From contig JAAOZP010000017.1 of the NCBI GenBank assembly GCA_011605725.1, forward strand, positions 64,001-128,000: a DNA stretch of 64,000 bases, given 5' to 3'. Positions 9,735-19,180 of this stretch are shown one piece after another. The position numbers and the translations under genes are program-made. The DNA comes from Nitrososphaerota archaeon (lineage in GTDB: Archaea; Thermoproteota; EX4484-205; JAAOZP01). Numbering within the stretch: the stretch's first letter is position 1; the number at the start of each line of letters is the position of its first letter. The notes under the pieces were generated by a model. That model made no database searches. It saw only the letters and a list, made by a program, of their open reading frames with translations, and was not told the origin of the DNA.

Positions 9735-11357
9735 TCATCCTTCGACGCAGGCATCTATAAAACCCTTAAAAAGTGGTGCAGGTTTAAGAGGCCTCGACTT
9801 AAACTCGGGATGAGCCTGCGTCGCCACAAAAAAGGGGTGATTAACGAGCTCGATGAACTCTACAAGCCTACCGTCCGGAGAGACTCCGGAGAAAACCATT
9901 CCATGCTTCTGAAGAACCTCATGATACTTAGGATTCACCTCATACCGATGCCTATGTCTCTCGTAAACCAGTGAAGCCCCCCCGTAAAGTTTAGAGACCA
10001 ATGTACCTGGCTTCAAGACAGCAGGGTATGCACCTAGCCGCATAGAAGCCCCGTATCTGGATTCTTTCAATATTTCCTTCTGTTCCGGAAGAATATCGAT
10101 AACAGGGTGAGGCGTACCCGGGTCAAACTCGGTTGAATTAGCTTTCTCCAGTCCGATGACGTTTCTCGCATACTCTACGACTGCGAGTTGAAGCCCTAGG
10201 CAGAGACCTAGAAAGGGCATTTTCTTAACCCTAACATATTTTATCGCAGCTATTTTACCTTCGATGCCCTTAGTGCCGAAGCCGCCAGGAACAATCACCC
10301 CATTAAGCTCGTCAAGAATAGAGAGTTTATCAGAATCTTTTTCGAAATCCGTTGAATCCATAAACTTGAAAACCGGTTTCAGAAAATTGGCTGCGCACGC
10401 ATGTTTAACTGCCTCTATTACAGAAATATAGGCGTCCGGAAGCCTGTATTCACCGATCTCGAAATATTTCCCAACTATCCCTATCGTTACTTTCCGCGAG
10501 GCATTGTTCAAAGCATCAACGAAATGCTTCCAGTCGTCAAGCTTAGGTTCTCTCAGCCCAATGCCAAACTTTTCCAAAATCTTTTTCCCAAGATTCTGCT
10601 GTTCAAATATTAATGGAAGCTCATAAACGTTCTCTAAGTCCGGGTTTGAGATAATATGATCCTTCGGCACGTTGCAGAATACTGATATCTTCTCCTTCCT
10701 AACGTCATCTATGAAGCCTTCAGCCCTACAGATTATAAAGTCTGGCTGTATTCCAAGTTCACCTAGCTTTTCAACTGATTGTTGAACAGGCTTAGTCTTC
10801 ATCTCGCCAAGATGCTTAGGAATCGGAAGATAAGCTACATGTACGAATATCACCTTGTCTCCATCACCCTTCATCATTCTCGCAGCCATATAGTAGATTT
10901 CGCTCTGATACTCGCCAACGGTTCCACCTATCTCGACGATGGTGAAGTCGGCTTCAGCCTCTTCAGCCGCAACTCTAATTCTCCGTTTTATTTCATCAGT
11001 TATATGCGGAATAACCTCAACAGTCTTGCCCAAGTATTCACCCCTTCTTTCCCTCTCGATAACCGCCCCGTATATTTGGCCGGTTGTAATATTGTTTTTC
11101 CTAGGAATGTTTATGTCCAAGAATCTCTCATAGTGTCCAAGATCCTGATCTATCTCCCCAGCATCCTCAGTAACCCAGACCTCACCGTGCTCAGTCGGCC
11201 TAAGGGTGCCGGCGTCATAGTTTAGATAGGGATCTATCTTTACAGCCGTTACCCGGAAGCCTCTGGCTTGAAGAATCTTTCCTATCGAAGCTGCAGTAAT
11301 GCCCTTTCCTATCCCGCTGATAACACCCCCAGTTACAAATATGTAGTTTGTACGCAT
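9735..11357 (-). CDS. pyrG: CTP synthase
   Basis: YIFVTGGVISGIGKG, KIDPYLN, GATase GLCLG, RHRHRYE, HPEF; start placed at the ATG of MRTNY. Confidence 0.97.
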   Translation of the reverse strand: MRTNYIFVTGGVISGIGKGITAASIGKILQARGFRVTAVKIDPYLNYDAGTLRPTEHGEVWVTEDAGEIDQDLGHYERFLDINIPRKNNITTGQIYGAVIERERRGEYLGKTVEVIPHITDEIKRRIRVAAEEAEADFTIVEIGGTVGEYQSEIYYMAARMMKGDGDKVIFVHVAYLPIPKHLGEMKTKPVQQSVEKLGELGIQPDFIICRAEGFIDDVRKEKISVFCNVPKDHIISNPDLENVYELPLIFEQQNLGKKILEKFGIGLREPKLDDWKHFVDALNNASRKVTIGIVGKYFEIGEYRLPDAYISVIEAVKHACAANFLKPVFKFMDSTDFEKDSDKLSILDELNGVIVPGGFGTKGIEGKIAAIKYVRVKKMPFLGLCLGLQLAVVEYARNVIGLEKANSTEFDPGTPHPVIDILPEQKEILKESRYGASMRLGAYPAVLKPGTLVSKLYGGASLVYERHRHRYEVNPKYHEVLQKHGMVFSGVSPDGRLVEFIELVNHPFFVATQAHPEFKSRPLKPAPLFKGFIDACVEG

Positions 11358-11514
11358 GGCGGAAATCACGGCAACCCTGTAATAAGCCTTTCGCCAGTAA
11401 CTGTGGAAAATTGCCCCTAATCACTCCTTTTCCACTACCATTATTTAGCAACTGCGCTAGAGGAGCTGGAATAGTAGTGCGCGCTACCGGGTTGGAGAAA
11501 GAGACGAGGGATTC

Positions 11515-12891
11515 TTAACCCGGAGAAGCCTCATACCTGCCCTGCAGACCCCGAACAACCCATGGCGTCTCAGACCTGTGGAAGTACACTCCATAGTATG
11601 AAGAGAGCATTGCAGCTTTATCCCTCCTATCATCTATCAAATTCCTAGTCTCTCCGGGATCATCGACCAGGTTGTATAGTTCATCCGGTTGCCCCTCAGG
11701 TCTCTTTATATAGCTCCACTCCCTATCCCTTATGCACCTGTCTACAGCTTCATGGTAGCCTGCAATAATGTGGCTCCTATGCTCCTCCCTCCCGTTCCTA
11801 ATCACATCTAGAAAGCTTCGCCCCTGCATGCATCTAGACTCAGATTCTAATCCAAGGGCTTCCAGAGCAGTTGGTAAAACATCCGGCAACTGTATGAGAG
11901 CATATACATCCTTATGTTCACAGCCCGGTAAATATGCGATGAACGGAACCTTCAGCAGCTCGCTATACATTCTATCCGGACCCTTAAGAAATTTCCCATG
12001 GTCAGCAAGCGGATGCCCGTGATCGGCAGTTACAATCATGATTGAGTCATCGTAGAATCCAAGCTCCTCTAGGGCTTCAAGCAGAATTCCGAAGCAATGG
12101 TCTACGAAAGATGCTTCGCCAGCATATAAGCCCCTAATGTAGTCTATTTGCTCCTCAGTAGCCCAGCTCCTAGCGTATCCGCCCATAGGCAGTATTAGTC
12201 TAGGACCATTATACGAGGGGTCTGTGTAAGTATCGAATCGTGGAGGCGGATCCCATGGCTCATGCGGGTCGAAACAGTCAATCCAGAGGAATACATTTCT
12301 ATGCGCACGGTTCTCCTTAAGCCACTTAGCAGCTTCACTAAACACCCTAGCTGGGAAATAATCTTCCTCGGATTTGAAGTCATCCGTGTTCGCCAGATAT
12401 CTTGCGATAAGCCTTCTCCAATTCTCAGGATAATTCTCGTTAAAAAATTTCTCAACCTTCCTCTTTGGAGGAGAGGATACATGGGCGTCATACTCCTGCC
12501 CCCTTATCCACCTGAAGCAGTGGAAGCTCCTGTGATAGTTCATGTCAGGCCTAAACAAGTGGTATGTGTCAGATATTAGCCCGCAAACAAAGCCACGTTT
12601 AGACAATATGTCGGCTGCAGTAATATCCTTCGGATATGGTAGAAGAGGCTGCCAAGGCCTATATGGCAGAGAGAACATCCCAGTTAATATCTCGTATCTA
12701 ACGGGGATTGTAGGTAAACCGGATGGATACGCATTATGGAAAACAATGCTTCTCCTTGCAAAAGAGTCCAGATTAGGAGTTTTACACGCAGGCACATTCT
12801 TAAAGATCCCCTTACCCCCATTGTAATAGCTAACATGATCCTGCCTGAAACTGTCCAGGATAATCAGTATGAAGTTCCTAACAGTACTCAT
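11515..12891 (-). CDS. Sulfatase / alkaline-phosphatase superfamily hydrolase with Thr at the nucleophile position
   Basis: ILDSFRQD, PTIPVR..LTG in place of (C/S)xPxR, DPHEPW, TADHG, ELYNL..DPGE. Confidence 0.85.
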   Translation of the reverse strand: MSTVRNFILIILDSFRQDHVSYYNGGKGIFKNVPACKTPNLDSFARRSIVFHNAYPSGLPTIPVRYEILTGMFSLPYRPWQPLLPYPKDITAADILSKRGFVCGLISDTYHLFRPDMNYHRSFHCFRWIRGQEYDAHVSSPPKRKVEKFFNENYPENWRRLIARYLANTDDFKSEEDYFPARVFSEAAKWLKENRAHRNVFLWIDCFDPHEPWDPPPRFDTYTDPSYNGPRLILPMGGYARSWATEEQIDYIRGLYAGEASFVDHCFGILLEALEELGFYDDSIMIVTADHGHPLADHGKFLKGPDRMYSELLKVPFIAYLPGCEHKDVYALIQLPDVLPTALEALGLESESRCMQGRSFLDVIRNGREEHRSHIIAGYHEAVDRCIRDREWSYIKRPEGQPDELYNLVDDPGETRNLIDDRRDKAAMLSSYYGVYFHRSETPWVVRGLQGRYEASPG

Positions 12892-13145
12892 CTTCCTATC
12901 CGCCTCTAACCAGGATTTTAAGATGTAACGACGTATAAAAGCATATGTTCAAAAAAAGCCCTTATGCTATTAGGTAATTTTTAAAACATTTTCAGAGAAT
13001 GTTAAGTCAGCTCGTTTTGGAGATTCCACGGATTGAAGCAGATATAGATGAGGTTTACAAGATTGTTAAGGAGAATTTGACTTGTTAATGTCTTCAGAAA
13101 AGCCTGTATGAAAAAGCATAAGAGTATCAAAAAGTTTTTTAAGAC

Positions 13146-14183
13146 TTGAATAATCGTGCACACGTCTTGAGGTTCATAAGATGTAGGGAAATAGCTCCAC
13201 GCCTTAAGGGGAGGGTTGCGATAATCGGTGCTGGACCAGCTGGTTTGACCGCGGCAGGCTCCTTGATCTGCGAGGGGGTTGAAGTTGATGTTTACGACAT
13301 GCTGCCGGAAGCAGGGGGTCTATTATTATTCGGCATTCCCGAGTTCAGAATTCCTAAGAAAGGGGTTAGGGAGGGCGTGAAAGAGCTTCAGGAAAAAGGG
13401 GTTAGTTTCCACCTTCGCAAGAAGATTCATGATTCAGACGACTTTGACATCGATTTTAGCGAGATAGTTGGGAAGTATGATGCTACTCTGATAGCTACTG
13501 GAGCATGGGAGCCGCGTAGGCTGAACGTGGAGGGGGAGGAGCTGAATGGCATTTTCCACGCGGCACCCTACATTGTGAAATACTATTTGACGAAGTACGG
13601 CTACTCCACTCCTTCAAGCCTTCCGAGCCTAGGAAGCTCCGTCGCAGTAATCGGAGCTGGTTTAACAGCAGTAGACTCAGCTCTCCTAGCTCTTGAAACA
13701 GGTGTTAAAGAGGTTATGCTAGTGTATAGGAGAACAAGGAGAGAGGCGCCAGCTGGCGAGAAAGAGCTTAAAATGCTTGAGGAAAAAGGTGTTAAAATAG
13801 TTGAGCTTAAGGCTCCCGTCGGGTTCAAGGGTGAAGACGGAAAGGTTAGGCAAATGATCACCATAGACATTAAACTGGGCCCACCCGACAGGAGTGGGAG
13901 ACCCTCGCCAATACCCGTCCCTGGGTCTGAAAAAGTGTTTGAAGTTGATTCAGTAATAGTTGCGACAGGAGGGGTTTCGACACCACCTTTCAAGAAACAT
14001 ACGGACAAGATACGTGTGAGTGAAGACGGCAGGATAATCGTTGACGATAAGAGGAGAACGACTTTGAAAGGGGTTTTCGCGGCGGGGGACGTTGAATCCG
14101 GACCCTCTCTGATAGGGCCAGCTTTAAAATCCGGTTTAATCGCAGCAGAATCAATAAAGGAGTATCTGACAAAACGAGTGTAA
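13146..14183 (+). CDS. FAD/NAD(P)H oxidoreductase, GltD/SudA-like, lacking the N-terminal Fe-S domain
   Basis: IIGAGPAG, GGLLLFGIPEFR, VIGAGLTAVD, YRR, VFAAGD. Confidence 0.85.
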   Translation: MNNRAHVLRFIRCREIAPRLKGRVAIIGAGPAGLTAAGSLICEGVEVDVYDMLPEAGGLLLFGIPEFRIPKKGVREGVKELQEKGVSFHLRKKIHDSDDFDIDFSEIVGKYDATLIATGAWEPRRLNVEGEELNGIFHAAPYIVKYYLTKYGYSTPSSLPSLGSSVAVIGAGLTAVDSALLALETGVKEVMLVYRRTRREAPAGEKELKMLEEKGVKIVELKAPVGFKGEDGKVRQMITIDIKLGPPDRSGRPSPIPVPGSEKVFEVDSVIVATGGVSTPPFKKHTDKIRVSEDGRIIVDDKRRTTLKGVFAAGDVESGPSLIGPALKSGLIAAESIKEYLTKRV

Positions 14184-14241
14184 TGTTTCACCAGCAAATG
14201 CTACCAGGTTCCTATGGTTTAAGATTTTTAATGAAACGCGT

Positions 14242-15303
14242 TTAAAAATCCCATTCAACAGGCACTTCCCTGTCTTCAATCGCAGACCGGTGGATTGCTT
14301 CAAGTATGGCCTGAACTCTTAACCCCTCGATTGCTGGAGAAAACAGGGGCCTGCCTTCTTTAACCGACTCTATGAACTTTCGAATCCTCATCTTGTATAT
14401 GTCTACGTTAGGCATCTGGTCCTGTGGCCTAACAGTCACCCTAACACCTTGAATCTCCCTGTATACTTCGAAAGGATCCAGCTGGGCTCCGCCGTTTGTC
14501 CCAAGTAATTCAACGCTAAACCTGTCTCTATCTATGAATGAAGCCCAGTTCGTCTCAAGAAGCATTGTGAAATCATTCTTAAACTTAACCATGCCGAAAG
14601 CGTTGTCTTCAACCTCAAACTCCGTCGGGTTCCATGTTCCACCCCAGCAGCCTCGCCGGGCCATTTCAGGATTATTCCCAAACTTTGTGTAAAAAACTCC
14701 GAACGCTGATTTAGGCTTAGGAAAGTTCATAATGTACATCGCGAAGTCGACAGCGTAACAACCTATGTCGAGCAACGGGCCTGCGCCTGCAAGCGTCTTA
14801 CTAAAGAAAGTTTTTCTCGGAGGTATCCCCCATCTTCTCAAAGCAAGTGCCCTGCAATAGTAGATTTCACCAAGCTCGCCAGCGTTAACCATGTTCCTCA
14901 GCATGTTTAAGTCGGGCCTGAACCTAGTTTGGAAGCCGACGATAAGAATCCTACCTGTCTTCCTAGAGGCCTCATACATTTCCAACGCGTCCCTAAGGTT
15001 GCCAGCCATAGGTTTCTCCGTCAAAACATGCGCACCAGCCTTCAACGCTGCGACTGTAGGATCCTTGTGGAACATGTTCGGAGTGCAAACGCTCACTGCG
15101 TCAAGCTCCTCCTTTTCAAACATACTGTTGAAATCCGTATAATACCTTGGTATTTTAAAATCCTCAGCTAAGCTTCTCGCAGCAGCAGCATCAATATCAG
15201 CACACGCAGCAATCTCAACATCATTCATCTCCTTGTAGTGTGGAACATGAGTTCCCCTTGCTATTCCGCCGCAACCAACTATCCCAACTCTGATCCTGCC
15301 CAT
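14242..15303 (-). CDS. Gfo/Idh/MocA family oxidoreductase
   Basis: VGIVGCGGIA, CTPN..H, EKP, GPLLDIGCY. Confidence 0.9.
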   Translation of the reverse strand: MGRIRVGIVGCGGIARGTHVPHYKEMNDVEIAACADIDAAAARSLAEDFKIPRYYTDFNSMFEKEELDAVSVCTPNMFHKDPTVAALKAGAHVLTEKPMAGNLRDALEMYEASRKTGRILIVGFQTRFRPDLNMLRNMVNAGELGEIYYCRALALRRWGIPPRKTFFSKTLAGAGPLLDIGCYAVDFAMYIMNFPKPKSAFGVFYTKFGNNPEMARRGCWGGTWNPTEFEVEDNAFGMVKFKNDFTMLLETNWASFIDRDRFSVELLGTNGGAQLDPFEVYREIQGVRVTVRPQDQMPNVDIYKMRIRKFIESVKEGRPLFSPAIEGLRVQAILEAIHRSAIEDREVPVEWDF

Positions 15304-15622
15304 TTCAACCTGGCGGGGAAAGAGGTTTTTAATAAGGATTTAGTTGAACCATCTTTTTACGGCAGGCAGATTCTAACGTCTCTCCGCATTATGGAGAAGG
15401 TTTCGGGTTCACATGTTTAAAGCCTGTTCTATCGGTTTAAACAAGTTTAAAAATAATCCCTTCATAAGCATTTCTGCAACATTTGCTCTCATTATAATAT
15501 TCATGCTGGAGCTCAGTCGGCGGTTGCAAGAATGATGGAAAGGCTTCCCCAGCATATGGTTATTTTTCATGTAGGCGAAGAAACCGATAAAATGTGAATA
15601 TTCTCATGCAAATCAGTTCTTT

Positions 15623-15635
15623 AAACTTTTTAATA
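15623..15635 (+). promoter_or_regulatory. BRE/TATA-like element upstream of the candidate sRNA
   Basis: AAACTTTTTAATA lies about 25 nt upstream of the box C at 15656. Confidence 0.5.
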
Positions 15636-15651
15636 CAGCATTTTAATGGAT

Positions 15652-15712
15652 CATATCGATGAGGAATGGAGGTGATCTCTGAATAGTGATGAGAAACTCC
15701 ATTCTGACTCGA
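15652..15712 (+). ncRNA. Candidate box C/D small RNA
   Basis: Box C TCGATGA 15656-62, D' CTGA 15679-82, C' GTGATGA 15686-92, D CTGA 15704-07, in canonical order and spacing; intergenic with an upstream TATA. Confidence 0.65.
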
Positions 15713-15714
15713 GT

Positions 15715-16530
15715 TTAAGACGGGTTTCTGAAGGACCGAATTATTTCTTCTCCAAGGCTTCTTGAACACGCGGCTACAACCGGGCTTTTCGAGACGGGCA
15801 GCAGTTTAACATTGAGATCCTCCGCTTCCGCGTTCAACACAACTCCTCCAGCCTCCTTCACTATTAAGAACGCTGCTGCAAAGTCAAGGCTCCTTAGAAA
15901 ACCCCTTAGGTCAACGAAGGCGTCTGCTGCTCCCGATGCGACTAAACATAGTTCAATCGCGTCAGACCCTAATGATCTAACGTGCCTAGCCTTCTCAATT
16001 ATGCTTGACATCCTGCTAACGTAGCCCGGCAGTCTCCCCCGAATGTTCAAGTCAACAGATATCAGAGCCTCCTCGATTCTTCCCACATTTGAAACCCTTA
16101 GTCTATGTCCGTTTAAGAACGCTCCTCGATTCTTCTCAGCATAGTAAAGGTCACCGGTTAAAAGATTGATAACACCGGAGCACACTGTGTCGCTAAGATC
16201 TTCCCCTTCTGCAACCCCTATTGAACAGCTGTAGCACGGGTATCCTCTCGAAGCGTTAACACTCCCGTCAACAGGGTCGACGATTATTAGGGGAGGCCCC
16301 CCGCTTCCAATCTCCACCACCCCTGATTCTTCACTAACTAACGTGGCATCTTTGAAGAAAATTCTTGTTGCCTCGAGAATCATTTCTTCAGCAACCTTAT
16401 CCACCATGAAGGTCTGGTCGCCGTAAGGGTTTATCGCGACTCTCTCACGGATCGAACGCTCATCCATCTCCTTAATCTTTTCAAAACATTTTCTCAACGT
16501 CGTCCTAACGTACTTAAAATACTCGTCCAT
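15715..16530 (-). CDS. Inositol monophosphatase / FBPase class IV (SuhB-like)
   Basis: SEESG, DPVDGSVN, RSLGS, LDFAAA..IVKEAGG. Confidence 0.9.
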   Translation of the reverse strand: MDEYFKYVRTTLRKCFEKIKEMDERSIRERVAINPYGDQTFMVDKVAEEMILEATRIFFKDATLVSEESGVVEIGSGGPPLIIVDPVDGSVNASRGYPCYSCSIGVAEGEDLSDTVCSGVINLLTGDLYYAEKNRGAFLNGHRLRVSNVGRIEEALISVDLNIRGRLPGYVSRMSSIIEKARHVRSLGSDAIELCLVASGAADAFVDLRGFLRSLDFAAAFLIVKEAGGVVLNAEAEDLNVKLLPVSKSPVVAACSRSLGEEIIRSFRNPS

Positions 16531-16830
16531 CTCGACATTCCCACGGTTTCTCAGCCCTTATAGACTTTATGGCTTCACACACCAGCTACAGGCATGTTAA
16601 GCCGACTTCCTCATAGGCACATGGCACGTGGACACACGATGTGGAATTATTTTTGCGGACTTAACCTATTCTACTGCGCTTGAGAAAACACTATGCAGAA
16701 GCTTCTAAACATTTTGAAAACCCGTTGGATACCCATATTATTTAAAGGCTTTAAGAACAGCTAACATGCCGTTTCCACTAAGCTTACCCGTTTCGATTAG
16801 TAGAGTTTAATAGCCTGTGGTTTTCCCCTA

Positions 16831-18075
16831 ATGCTTCTGATGGCTGGCAGTGGAAAAACCGGGAAACTGAGGCTTATGTACGGAAGGGCTTTTGCCAGCT
16901 CTTTAAGCAACAGCATGATCTCCCCCTTCATCTATGTTTATGCCGCCCGAATCGGAGCGTCTCCCGGAGAAATAGGTTGGATGCACTCTTTCAACAACCT
17001 TTTCGTCAACAGCCTTCAAGTACCCTGGGGAAGGCTAAGCGACATGCTTGGAAGAAGAGTTAGCATCATAGTTGTCACAAGCATTTTAGCATCACTCATC
17101 TGGATACCCATGGCTTTAACGTCCGAACCCAAAATATTCCTGCTCCTAGTTGCACTATACTTCTTACTGAGCTCCGCCGCAATTCCTGCTTGGAACGCTC
17201 TTTTAAGAGAGACGACTCAACCCTCTTCAAGAAGCATTGTGGTTTCAAACATGAACATCGCCTCGCTTCTCGGGAGCCTGATTGCAACATCACTCTCAGG
17301 ATGGCTTATAGACTATTCCGGAGGAAGTCTCCTAACACCCTCAGTGATAGCGGTTTCTGTAAGCTTGGCCGGGTCTCTAATTCTTCTAAGAATAAGGGAG
17401 GATAGAAATCGTAAAACCAGCCTTAGAAGCATCATGACGGCATTCAGAGTGTCGGACATACCTAGTTTGATAAACGAGAACAGCGATTTCAAGCTTTTCC
17501 TTAAAATATCAGCGCTACAGGGTTTCTTCATGTCTTACGCATGGCCTCTTTTCACCATCACCACCGCGACGATCCTCAACCTGAGCATGACTGAGGTTGG
17601 AGCAATCTCCGTAATTCAAACTATCGCTACGCTCACAGCTCAACCATTAATTGGTCGCTTAGCTACTTTAAAAGGCAAAAAACGCCTGATGGTGATGTAT
17701 TACGTTTCGCTCACCGCAGTACCGTTAGCATACTGCTTCGCCCAAAGCTTTCTTCACCTGGCTATTCTCAGTGTTTACCTGGGCATCATGTTGGCAGCAG
17801 GTAATGCAACAATACTCCCATATATTCTAGACATTATTCCTGAAGACCGTGTTGGCGAGTTAACCTCCATATACAACATGGTAACTGGAATATCTTATTT
17901 CACGGGCTCGGCTGTCGGAGGGAACGCGGATGAGCTCATGAGCCTCTATTTCGGGAGAAGGCTGAGCCTTCAAATAGGATACTTCGTTTCCGCCGCTGGA
18001 AGACTTGTTTCAGGATTTTTCTTTCTAAGGATTAACGAGAAGCCGTCGACTCATAGAGTTGAAAAAGCAGCTTAG
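16831..18075 (+). CDS. MFS transporter
   Basis: About 12 hydrophobic segments, motif A WGRLSDMLGRR. Confidence 0.88.
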   Translation: MLLMAGSGKTGKLRLMYGRAFASSLSNSMISPFIYVYAARIGASPGEIGWMHSFNNLFVNSLQVPWGRLSDMLGRRVSIIVVTSILASLIWIPMALTSEPKIFLLLVALYFLLSSAAIPAWNALLRETTQPSSRSIVVSNMNIASLLGSLIATSLSGWLIDYSGGSLLTPSVIAVSVSLAGSLILLRIREDRNRKTSLRSIMTAFRVSDIPSLINENSDFKLFLKISALQGFFMSYAWPLFTITTATILNLSMTEVGAISVIQTIATLTAQPLIGRLATLKGKKRLMVMYYVSLTAVPLAYCFAQSFLHLAILSVYLGIMLAAGNATILPYILDIIPEDRVGELTSIYNMVTGISYFTGSAVGGNADELMSLYFGRRLSLQIGYFVSAAGRLVSGFFFLRINEKPSTHRVEKAA

Positions 18076-18091
18076 CCGTCATGAGAGAATC

Positions 18092-19057
18092 CTAGAAGAA
18101 GTCTATGGATAATGTTTTAAGAACATTCTCTATCTCAGCAAGCTCCTGCTTGCTCAGCCTCCACCCTGCTGCGCCAGCGTTCTCCTCAGCCTGCCTAGGG
18201 TTTTTTGCACCAGGTATCGGTACGACACCACCCTCCCTCAGCAGCCAGTTCATAGCAACCTGAGCAATAGTCTTACCCCTCTCCCTAGCAATCTTCTCTA
18301 AGACTTTCAGTAGACGGCTTATCTCATTAAGGTTCTCATCTGTGAAAAGCTTGTTCCCCCTTCTAATGCTGTCTGAAGGCTTATTGCTTAAACCATACTT
18401 TCCAGTTAGTGCCCCCTGAGCCAGAGGACTGTACGCGATCACCGTTATGTTCTCCCTTCTGCAATAGGGCAGAACCTCCTCCTCAATCTCCCTCTGCAGC
18501 ATGTTGTACCTAACCTGGTTTGAAACAATGCTTGCTTCAGATAAGTGTCTCCTTGCCTCCTCCAGGTCTCTGACGGCGAAATTACTAACACCGATTGCTC
18601 TTATCTTACCCTCCTTGTAAAGCCTCTCCATGGCTTGCATAGTATGCTTAAGCGGAACTTGCTCCCATGGGTCTGGCCAGTGAACCTGGTAAAGGTCTAT
18701 CTCCCTAACTCCAAGCCTTCTTAAACTGTGTTCAGCAGCCTTTAAAACATCGTTATACCTTAAATGCCCACCATGAACCTTTGTGGCGATGAGAAGGTTC
18801 TCCCTTCCAACCTCCCGTATTGCTCTGGCAACAACTTCCTCAGAATGACCTCCACCGTATGCTTCAGCAGTATCTATAAGGTTAACCCCGAGCTCGTGAG
18901 CTCTGACTATAGCCTTCACTATTTGTTCATCCTCAACATCAGCTCCCCATGCTTTCCCACTGGCCTGCCAAGCGCCGAAACCTATTACAGAGGCTTTTAA
19001 ACCGCTTCTACCTAGTTCAACATACTCCAATGGAAACACCGTTTTAAGCTGGTTCAC
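18092..19057 (-). CDS. Aldo/keto reductase
   Basis: IDTAEAYG, ATK, DLYQVHWP, IGVSNF, PIPGAK; the true start may lie a few codons downstream. Confidence 0.92.
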   Translation of the reverse strand: MNQLKTVFPLEYVELGRSGLKASVIGFGAWQASGKAWGADVEDEQIVKAIVRAHELGVNLIDTAEAYGGGHSEEVVARAIREVGRENLLIATKVHGGHLRYNDVLKAAEHSLRRLGVREIDLYQVHWPDPWEQVPLKHTMQAMERLYKEGKIRAIGVSNFAVRDLEEARRHLSEASIVSNQVRYNMLQREIEEEVLPYCRRENITVIAYSPLAQGALTGKYGLSNKPSDSIRRGNKLFTDENLNEISRLLKVLEKIARERGKTIAQVAMNWLLREGGVVPIPGAKNPRQAEENAGAAGWRLSKQELAEIENVLKTLSIDFF

Positions 19058-19180
19058 AATCTTACTTATTAAAACTTTTAACGAACAAGCCCTATAAACT
19101 GTTTGAACCTTTTCTAAACTTTTCTAAACCCATATTGTCTAACCGTTAAATACCTTAAATTTATATACCATGGACAAGGT

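Noticed and set aside
12999-13088. 29-aa ORF MLSQLVLEIPRIEADIDEVYKIVKENLTC
   Set aside because: Too short, with no SD or recognisable family; may be a remnant but cannot be supported
16548-16616. Minus-strand ATGAGGA...CTGA as a possible C/D sRNA upstream of the IMPase gene
   Set aside because: Internal D' and C' boxes are poor and no rRNA complement was recognised
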